This document shows, piece after piece, positions 9,082-15,459 of a DNA stretch of 24,697 nt (position 1 is its first letter; each line of letters opens with the position of its first letter). The DNA lies in the IMG/VR virus record IMGVR_UViG_3300008009_000534, positions 1-24,697 of that record. The stretch is one strand, 5' to 3'. This stretch comes from a virus (Duplodnaviria > Caudoviricetes). The position numbers were made by a program, and so were the translations under genes. The notes under the pieces were generated by a model. The model was not told the origin of the DNA, did no database searches, and saw nothing but the letters and a program-made list of their open reading frames with translations.

Positions 9082-9511
9082 AACAATTCAGTCTACTGCT
9101 ATTGCAGTATGCAGCATACTGGAGTTTAAACATAAAAGAGCTCGGAAAAAGCGATATGATCAGACCTTAGAACAGCTCAGTATCTTTGGAATCACTATCA
9201 ATCCGGTAGCTGATGAAGAATGGAACGAAGCGACTTACGGTTCAATTTCTGGTCATTACGATCCGCAGACGGTAACAATTAGCATACCTGAATCAATCTA
9301 TTTTGACGCGTGTGCTGGCGATAGAACAGCATTGTTTGTAGTAATGCACGAAATCGGTCATCTTGTTTTAGGCCATCAACCAGCATTACATTTTTCTAAA
9401 ACCCCCCCTACTCAAGCAGAAGATGCTGAATGGCAAGCAGACGCCTTTGCTGAACATGCATTAACGTTTTTAGGGTATGGGACAAAACAAATGGCATTTG
9501 AATTTTATTGA
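9038..9511 (+). CDS. ImmA/IrrE-family Zn metallopeptidase
   Basis: F.VMHEIGHLVLGH (HExxH) and E.QAD.FA motifs. Confidence 0.9.
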   Translation: MYQLRGQRVTAIPDETIQSTAIAVCSILEFKHKRARKKRYDQTLEQLSIFGITINPVADEEWNEATYGSISGHYDPQTVTISIPESIYFDACAGDRTALFVVMHEIGHLVLGHQPALHFSKTPPTQAEDAEWQADAFAEHALTFLGYGTKQMAFEFY

Positions 9512-9607
9512 AAAGCCCTGACGAATCAGGGCTTAGGGGCGGCAGATGTTGACGCATCAGCCGGTGTGTATGGAGGTAACCCAACCGCTACACTTTCGAA
9601 ATAAGCA
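9510..9607 (-). ncRNA. Putative antisense sRNA (about 95 nt)
   Basis: Minus-strand TTGCGA(9641-9636)-17 nt-TAAACT(9618-9613) promoter; ends in a UUCG-capped hairpin (9513-9534) plus U-run. Confidence 0.5.
9511..9534 (-). terminator. Intrinsic terminator hairpin
   Basis: AAGCCCTGA-cgaa-TCAGGGCTT; U-tract and UUCG loop on the minus strand. Confidence 0.6.
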
Positions 9608-9685
9608 GCGTTAGTTTAGCGGTTCTCCGGGCAATTCGCAAATGTTTGTGGGTTTAAGCATTGCGTATAAATACAGGAGAATCCC

Positions 9686-9826
9686 ATGAAGACTGGAACA
9701 TGTCGTAAATGTGGAAACGCTTGTGAGATAACCTTTGCAGCATATATAAAGGTTGACGGCAAAATCCGCTACCCTAAAAAGGCTAAGGTTTTTGTTATTC
9801 CTCATTGCAAATGTCAAAAACGTTAA
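9686..9826 (+). CDS. 46-aa basic Cys-rich (Zn-ribbon-like) peptide (not in ORF track)
   Basis: CAGGAG RBS; MKTGTCRKCGNACEITFAAYIKVDGKIRYPKKAKVFVIPHCKCQKR. Confidence 0.7.
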   Translation: MKTGTCRKCGNACEITFAAYIKVDGKIRYPKKAKVFVIPHCKCQKR

Positions 9827-9852
9827 CTAGCGTTAGATGACTTGATCAAAGC

Positions 9853-9878
9853 AAAAACCGCCAACAAGGCGGTTTTTT
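9853..9878. terminator. Bidirectional intrinsic terminator
   Basis: AAAAACCGCC-aacaa-GGCGGTTTTTT between convergent genes. Confidence 0.85.
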
Positions 9879-9901
9879 ATCTAACGCATTACAGCGCTCG
9901 G

Positions 9902-9932
9902 CTAGCTGTAATAATAAGTTACTAGCAGTTTA
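9902..9932. repeat. Degenerate direct repeat of 8429-8459
   Basis: 26/31 identity by manual alignment, with a shared core TAAGTTACTAGCAG. Confidence 0.7.
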
Positions 9933-9964
9933 AAAAAATTGGGAAAAAAGATTTTAGTAAGCAA

Positions 9965-10915
9965 TTACTCTTGCCCACCCTCTACAAGCGAAATAACTTC
10001 TATCAGATTTGGCAAAAATTTTTGCCTGGATGGTACATAACGATAATGCACCACTACATTAGCTCTTATACTAGCATGATTAGCTAAACGATTAGGGTCA
10101 ATACCCTCTGCAAGGGTCAGCTTTACTCTTGTTTTAACGATGTTGGGTATTACACCACTCCAACCGCTTGATTTCTTATCCCTATCAGTAGCTCTAATCT
10201 GTAGATCAACATCATTGAGTTCGTCAGTATATTCATCCTGATCCATTGAAAAAGCAGCAGGCGCCTGAGCCACAATCTCAGTGTCCATAGCTGGCATATC
10301 AGTACCACCTATATGTAAAGGGCTACCGCCAGGCTCACGAGTTGCTGGCGCAACAATCTTAACAGCACTTTCGGCTAATTTCTTTTTATCCGTACCTGCA
10401 ATAGCATCGATCATTTGGACAAAATCCTGTGTCGACATCTTGTAAGACTCAGCTCCAATTATGATAATTGGGCTATTTTCAAGATGAATTGTTGGTGCCG
10501 GGCTTTGTGTTTCAGTTGAAACAGCGTTAATTGCTAAAACGGCACCTGTAGCTACCAGTGCTGCAACCACGCTTGAAACAACGGCTCCTTTTAACACTGG
10601 ATAATTACCTCCGGGTAATTTTTGGTATGCATCGACAGCCAAGCTGCGTATTTTCTCAGCTGCTGCCTCCATTTTTTGCTCATCGCCAAAAGTTAATACT
10701 AGCAGAAACTTTTGCCACAACGAACCGTCTTCAAAACCTTCAACTAAAGTTTCAACTGTTAGAACTTCGGTGCCTAATATATTACTGTAAGCACTTGCCA
10801 AAAAACTCTTAGCTAACGTATCCATACCTTTCAAAGACTCAATAACATCCTTAATGGTAGGCGGTTCGGTTGTACCGTAGTAAATTACATGTTCAAAGGT
10901 TAATTCTGCCGACAC
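9965..10915 (-). CDS. Hypothetical accessory protein with a central hydrophobic helix
   Basis: 316-aa ORF, GGGGA RBS before GTG, ends near the terminator. Confidence 0.8.
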   Translation of the reverse strand: MSAELTFEHVIYYGTTEPPTIKDVIESLKGMDTLAKSFLASAYSNILGTEVLTVETLVEGFEDGSLWQKFLLVLTFGDEQKMEAAAEKIRSLAVDAYQKLPGGNYPVLKGAVVSSVVAALVATGAVLAINAVSTETQSPAPTIHLENSPIIIIGAESYKMSTQDFVQMIDAIAGTDKKKLAESAVKIVAPATREPGGSPLHIGGTDMPAMDTEIVAQAPAAFSMDQDEYTDELNDVDLQIRATDRDKKSSGWSGVIPNIVKTRVKLTLAEGIDPNRLANHASIRANVVVHYRYVPSRQKFLPNLIEVISLVEGGQE

Positions 10916-10994
10916 TCAATATTCCCCATTCATTTTAATATTTCCAAGTACCTCGAAAGCTACAACTATCAGCAGCCCTTCCGGGCCTCTCAAA

Positions 10995-11672
10995 TTACTT
11001 CCTGCCTGCCAAAAATTTATGCAAATTATCGTTAATTTTTGAAATGGCCAGCGCGAACGCTAAAACTAATAAACTACTAACACCAATACCGACACCAATA
11101 GCCACATCGCCTTCTTTTGCTAAAAATACTCCGCCTGCAATACATAACAAGCTATAGACCCACGCAGCGAAGCACAGAAAATCAGATGAACCAGGAGTAA
11201 CATCATCACTTGAAGGCTCAACAATAGTTATCCGAGCTCTTTCAAATATGTCGATAAGTTTTACCAAGTGCTGCTGCACTTCCCCGTCCTTTTTTACAAG
11301 GTATCGAACATCATTAAAGCTAAGCCCAAAGTAGGAATCGTCGACGTCTGACACTTCACATTTTGCAAGCTCAATACTCACAGTGCCGTTAGTCAGATCG
11401 CCATTGCGTAGTTGGTAAGTATCTGAACCTGGCAGTAAATCGCTATCAATAGTGACTTTTATACCTTTCCAAGCTTGCCCTTCGCTTTGCCAGGTAGTTA
11501 GCTGTTTGTAGGTAAGCTCATACTCAAAGACTTTTGAAATAACCAATTCATCAGCATCAATAAATTTAATTTGTTTGCTTGTTATATCCCACTGCAGCTT
11601 ATAATCCCAAGGGTAAAATACCGTACCTTTGGTCTTATTTATTAGCACGCCGTTACTAATAATCCAGCTCAT
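10995..11672 (-). CDS. Hypothetical protein with two C-terminal TM helices
   Basis: AAGGAGG RBS before ATG 11672; beta-rich N-terminus; hydrophobic hairpin at the C-terminus. Confidence 0.8.
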   Translation of the reverse strand: MSWIISNGVLINKTKGTVFYPWDYKLQWDITSKQIKFIDADELVISKVFEYELTYKQLTTWQSEGQAWKGIKVTIDSDLLPGSDTYQLRNGDLTNGTVSIELAKCEVSDVDDSYFGLSFNDVRYLVKKDGEVQQHLVKLIDIFERARITIVEPSSDDVTPGSSDFLCFAAWVYSLLCIAGGVFLAKEGDVAIGVGIGVSSLLVLAFALAISKINDNLHKFLAGRK

Positions 11673-11689
11673 TACTACCTCCTTTAACA

Positions 11690-12130
11690 CTAACCTATTA
11701 ACTGCATATCCCGCATTTTAGAAACTGACTTTTGCATTAAGAACATGACAGCAAGCCAGGTTAATACGAAGGTGATTATAAAAAACGTATCGCCGCTCCC
11801 ACCCATAACCGCGGCAGGTTGGTAAATAAGTGTTAGCGGTATAAAAAATTCAACTATAAGCACAGCCATTAAAAACTTTATAAGTTTAAGCCAATTGTCA
11901 CGATCTGCAGGGAGGTAAGGCGCTTCAATAATTTTGGTCATTACGTAATAACTTGCACCACCAAGTGTTACCACCAGCGTGAACATAACGTAAGAAAGAA
12001 ACAGGTCATCTAACCGAAGAAAATATGCGGAGTTGCCAGGGTTAACAGGCCAAGCTGTTACGTATGCAAAAAACCACAGAAAAAAGCAGGAGGCTAGAGC
12101 CCAAATTGAAGCAGCAATATATTTAATCAT
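11690..12130 (-). CDS. Hypothetical 4-TM membrane protein
   Basis: AAGGA RBS before ATG 12130; four hydrophobic segments. Confidence 0.75.
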   Translation of the reverse strand: MIKYIAASIWALASCFFLWFFAYVTAWPVNPGNSAYFLRLDDLFLSYVMFTLVVTLGGASYYVMTKIIEAPYLPADRDNWLKLIKFLMAVLIVEFFIPLTLIYQPAAVMGGSGDTFFIITFVLTWLAVMFLMQKSVSKMRDMQLIG

Positions 12131-12343
12131 AAGAGTTCCTTTCTTATAGTACAGATTTGACCATGCCAAGCTTATTGCTTATTTTCAATACAAAAATGCC
12201 AGTAAAGTACAATATTTAAGCAAAAACATTGAAATATCATCTTTTTGTCAGAAAAAAACAAATAGTCTCAAGTTCATGGGATCTGGCTTTGATGTATGTT
12301 GTGGTAGAGTTTTTCTGTGCAATAACGCAGTGGAGTACGGTGA

Positions 12344-12634
12344 ATGAGCATTGAAAGTTTAAGCGGTATGCCTTACCAACCAGGTACCGCAAACCAAACG
12401 ACACAAAGCGGCGGTGTTACCCCTTTAGGCAGTGGTAACGGCAATGACCCGCCTACATCAACTGCAGCTAATACCTCTGATACAGTAACAATATCTGCAG
12501 AAGCAACCACGTTGCTTGAGGCTGAAGAAGGCGCGCCTTTACAACCGCTTGGCAGTGGTAGCGGAAACGTTTACCCAACACCGCCCGCACCTCTTGGCAG
12601 CGGCAATGGCAATGATCCGCCGAAGAGCGAGTGA
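12344..12634 (+). CDS. Low-complexity repeat-peptide protein (putative secreted signal precursor)
   Basis: GGAG RBS; PLGSGNGNDPP twice plus the variant PLGSGSGNVYP; SDTVTISAEA segment. Confidence 0.8.
   Translation: MSIESLSGMPYQPGTANQTTQSGGVTPLGSGNGNDPPTSTAANTSDTVTISAEATTLLEAEEGAPLQPLGSGSGNVYPTPPAPLGSGNGNDPPKSE
12422..12622 (+). repeat. Three intragenic peptide repeats (starting 12422, 12545, 12590)
   Basis: Copies 1 and 3 encode an identical 11-mer with 7 synonymous and no non-synonymous nucleotide differences. Confidence 0.85.
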
Positions 12635-12645
12635 CTTAAAGCGTA

Positions 12646-13158
12646 ATGGAATATTCATACTTTCTGTTGCAGGTCGGAAACTATACGTGGCTGGCCTACA
12701 TTTTAGCGTTTGTTGTAGTGTTCAAACTGGAACTTGCAGACCGCTCCTATTGTTTCGGAGCTGCGGTTTTAATTGTTTCGAACCTAATTATGCAGGTCGT
12801 TGAACCAGGTCTAATTGCATTGTCGCCGTATCACAAGGAATTAGTCAGGCAGCTATGGTACCCAACGTGGGCAAGCTTTGCTCTGGTAAGTATTTATTCA
12901 ATTAACTTATTACATAAAAAAACGTACTGCAGCATTAGTTTTGTTTCAAAAAGCATCGTCTTCGCGTTCTGCGCTTTAGGCTTGTTGCAATTCCTAAGAT
13001 ACTTTGACTATCTGGTACTACAAACAAATGCTTTAGCAATTCTTTACCGCTATGGTGTAAATGCAATCAATATTGGTGCAGTGTTCATACTATTAGCTCC
13101 GATATTTGCCGCTTTAAAACAGAAACTAAAGGCGAAAACAAGGACGAAAAGAGCATGA
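12646..13158 (+). CDS. 5-TM membrane protein (putative peptide receptor)
   Basis: Five hydrophobic segments with polar/aromatic RQLWYPTW, LQFLRYFD and YRYGVNAIN; basic C-terminal tail. Confidence 0.8.
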   Translation: MEYSYFLLQVGNYTWLAYILAFVVVFKLELADRSYCFGAAVLIVSNLIMQVVEPGLIALSPYHKELVRQLWYPTWASFALVSIYSINLLHKKTYCSISFVSKSIVFAFCALGLLQFLRYFDYLVLQTNALAILYRYGVNAINIGAVFILLAPIFAALKQKLKAKTRTKRA

Positions 13159-13439
13159 TTAGCTTAGGAATGACGGTTTTACTCGCCCTGATTTTTTACA
13201 GTGCAATTAAAACTATCCACCTGCAGTATCCGGCTAGCTCAGAACAAAACGCACACTTACTTGCACGGGCGCAATACCTGGCCCAGTGGAAACAAACAAT
13301 AGACAAAATGCCAGAAGGCTTTGAAAAACTTGATGCTCAACGCGACTGGTTTAGAGAAGTAGACCAACTACTGGCTATTACTAAACCTGCAAATGTCTCC
13401 AACTCAAATATTGTACACTTATACAAACTTAGGCATTAA
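13155..13439 (+). CDS. Small protein with an N-terminal membrane anchor
   Basis: ATGA overlap with the upstream gene; N-terminal TM then a helical domain; stop overlaps the repressor stop. Confidence 0.75.
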   Translation: MISLGMTVLLALIFYSAIKTIHLQYPASSEQNAHLLARAQYLAQWKQTIDKMPEGFEKLDAQRDWFREVDQLLAITKPANVSNSNIVHLYKLRH

Positions 13440-13846
13440 GCTTGCTTTGATGTGGCTTCAACATTGCTTTCCAGAGCCTCTGAATGCCCAGCACTCTTAC
13501 GAAGTTGACGCATAAACATCATTACCAGCATGTTGTATGTGTCTTTATCATAGATATTAACTGCTTTGATCTTGTCCGCCTCCCTTAGTAAAACCTTAAA
13601 CGCATGTTCAGCCTGACTTTCTAAGTAATGGTTTGCTGGCTTTGGTTCCCTATTACCGGTTATTACATAGTTTACATTCACGCCAATGTTTGCAATTGCT
13701 TCTAAATATTTACAGTCAGGAGAACGATCACCGTTCTCATAATTGACCTGCGCCCGTCTTTGAACTCCTCCAATATCTGCAAAATCTTGCTGATTGAAGC
13801 CCAAGCGCAAACGCTCTTCTTTGAGACGCTCAAAAAAAGTGCTCAT
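13436..13846 (-). CDS. Prophage repressor (XRE HTH, no peptidase domain)
   Basis: ERLKEERLRLG.NQQDFA.IGGVQRRAQVNYENG.RSP; divergent from the Ner-like gene. Confidence 0.9.
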   Translation of the reverse strand: MSTFFERLKEERLRLGFNQQDFADIGGVQRRAQVNYENGDRSPDCKYLEAIANIGVNVNYVITGNREPKPANHYLESQAEHAFKVLLREADKIKAVNIYDKDTYNMLVMMFMRQLRKSAGHSEALESNVEATSKQA

Positions 13847-13891
13847 ATGAACTCACTTTGTATTGACATGTGCACGCACGTGCACAATAAT
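13839..13891 (+). promoter_or_regulatory. Early promoter and repressor operators
   Basis: TTGACA(13863-13868)-17 nt-AATAAT(13886-13891); the spacer is the perfect palindrome TGTGCACG-CA-CGTGCACA; related site GTGCTC-ATAT-GAACTC over the repressor start codon. Confidence 0.8.
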
Positions 13892-13963
13892 CAACTTGCA
13901 CTAACACTAAAGCAGCGCTGCAACGCTGCTTAACCATACCTAACTATAACCAGAGGTTATCTT

Positions 13964-14236
13964 ATGGAAGCCGACGCCATTAAACAAGCCTTACACGACA
14001 AGGGTTTTACCTTTGCCATGATTGGTGAGGCATTAAACATCAACTCCAATGTAGTAAGCGGTGTTTGTTATCGCCGCACCACGTCTAAACAAGTTGCTGA
14101 AGCCGTCGCTAAAGCCTTAGGCAAATCTGTTTCCGATGTATTCCCCGATGTTGAAAGCTACCAACGCCCACGGTTACCCCGTGGCAGTGCGCGTGTGGCT
14201 AAGCAAGCCGAGTTGCAACAGCTACTGGCCTCATAA
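13964..14236 (+). CDS. Ner/Cro-like DNA-binding protein
   Basis: IKQALHDKG.TFAMIGEAL...VS.V...S..VAEAVAKALGK.V.DVFP; first early gene. Confidence 0.85.
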   Translation: MEADAIKQALHDKGFTFAMIGEALNINSNVVSGVCYRRTTSKQVAEAVAKALGKSVSDVFPDVESYQRPRLPRGSARVAKQAELQQLLAS

Positions 14237-14562
14237 GGCGCGAACAGCCAGTTCAACACAGCATCATTTAAGTTTAGGGAACTGCACGGAGCAGACTTAT
14301 GCAACACACAATAATGAATCCATCCCAGCAACTGCCTGAGGGTTGTGTCTTCACTATAAAGCAACACACCAACCCACCAGCTGCGGCTACTGGGGCTAAG
14401 CAGCAGCAAAGCGTTAACCAGAATGCGTACCTGGCCAATATCAATTTTATCGGCTGGCCGCCATTCGATTACCAGGGGCAAACCCAGCCAGATTATCAGC
14501 TGTTCAGTTACATCCAGTTCGTTCGGGTTTGGCCTGCAAATAACGTATTCGTGTTGTTTCAT
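14158..14562 (-). CDS. Possible antisense hypothetical protein (134 aa)
   Basis: GGTGG RBS before ATG 14562; globular-looking sequence; conflicts with the + ORF 14299-14664. Confidence 0.4.
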   Translation of the reverse strand: MKQHEYVICRPNPNELDVTEQLIIWLGLPLVIEWRPADKIDIGQVRILVNALLLLSPSSRSWWVGVLLYSEDTTLRQLLGWIHYCVLHKSAPCSSLNLNDAVLNWLFAPYEASSCCNSACLATRALPRGNRGRW

Positions 14563-14664
14563 AGCGATACCACCATGTTGTTTGATGGCACCAGCGTAGG
14601 TGGTTTTGCTATTCCAAACACCTGTTTTTATTCGAGCAGCTACCAAGTGAGGGCATTCCAATGA
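14299..14664 (+). CDS. Hypothetical protein
   Basis: GGAG RBS and ATGA coupling to the next gene, but a Q/N/P-rich composition typical of shadow ORFs. Confidence 0.4.
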   Translation: MQHTIMNPSQQLPEGCVFTIKQHTNPPAAATGAKQQQSVNQNAYLANINFIGWPPFDYQGQTQPDYQLFSYIQFVRVWPANNVFVLFHSDTTMLFDGTSVGGFAIPNTCFYSSSYQVRAFQ

Positions 14665-15146
14665 GCCGCAAAAATTGGAATCAGCTGGTGCCACGTTCGC
14701 TTACCGAAAGCTTGCAGCTTTGCAAAGAGTTTGCCATGGCCAACAAGCAAATGAGCGTGCCGCGCATTGCCGACCGCATAGGCACCTCCCCCGACATGCT
14801 TTACAAGCACTTAGGCGGCGCCACCATGCCAGCTTATATGCTTATCCCTTACATGGAAGCATGCAACCGGGCATACCCACTGCATTACATGGCCCACAGC
14901 CTTAATTACCTGCTGGTACCCATGCCTAGGGGCCGCAAAGCCGCACATAAAACGCTTATTCAGCTAAGCCAGTTTTGTAACGCCGTTATGGGCCAGTTGC
15001 TGGCATTGGAAAGCGGCGAATGCCAACCGCAAGACGTTACCGACCAGCTAACCCTGTTAATGGAAAACCTGGCATACCACCGGCTGGAAGCACAAAAGTA
15101 CGACCAACCCGAACTGGACCTATTCCCGGAGCGCGCCGATGTCTGA
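14661..15146 (+). CDS. Conserved B3-like early protein (CII-like regulator)
   Basis: MSRKNW...P.SL.E....CKEFA, HTH-like SVPRIADRIG...LYK, C-terminal QPELDL. Confidence 0.7.
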   Translation: MSRKNWNQLVPRSLTESLQLCKEFAMANKQMSVPRIADRIGTSPDMLYKHLGGATMPAYMLIPYMEACNRAYPLHYMAHSLNYLLVPMPRGRKAAHKTLIQLSQFCNAVMGQLLALESGECQPQDVTDQLTLLMENLAYHRLEAQKYDQPELDLFPERADV

Positions 15147-15450
15147 AACAAAGTATTTATCTAACCAAATTTGCCGCGTGTTGCGCCTGCAAAAAGTGCT
15201 GGCTGGCCACGAAAACACTGGCTTAACCATTAGCGAAATTGCCAACAAGCTGGATACCACTGCCAGCCAGATACTGCGTGATTTAGCCAACCTGCAAAAT
15301 GAAGGTTTTGCCGAACGGTGCCCGTGGGACGACAACCGCTGGCGGCTTGGTATAGCACTGGCACAGATCAGCAACAAGGTACGCATAAATCTGGATCAGG
15401 CCCAGCTGCAACTGCAGCAAGACATTACTAACTACAGCAAGGTGTTTTAA
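15139..15450 (+). CDS. IclR-type HTH DNA-binding protein
   Basis: LAGHE..GLTISEIA..L......I.RDLANL..EGFAE...RWRLG. Confidence 0.8.
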   Translation: MSETKYLSNQICRVLRLQKVLAGHENTGLTISEIANKLDTTASQILRDLANLQNEGFAERCPWDDNRWRLGIALAQISNKVRINLDQAQLQLQQDITNYSKVF

Positions 15451-15459
15451 GGGGCCGCC

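Noticed and set aside
9611-9817. 68-aa minus-strand ORF
   Set aside because: No clear RBS; the opposite-strand 46-aa ORF has a strong RBS and a Cys motif.
12268-12295. Sigma28 promoter (TCAAGTT...TTTGATGT) upstream of the FlgM-like peptide gene
   Set aside because: The -10 matches GCCGATAA at only 3/8 and the spacing is off by one; too weak to call.
12422-12622. CRISPR or mini-array
   Set aside because: The repeats are in-frame, diverge at silent positions and are irregularly spaced; no cas genes.
12344-13439. Canonical arbitrium system or RiPP cluster
   Set aside because: No TPR/RRNPP receptor, no Sec signal on the peptide, and no recognisable modifying enzyme or transporter.
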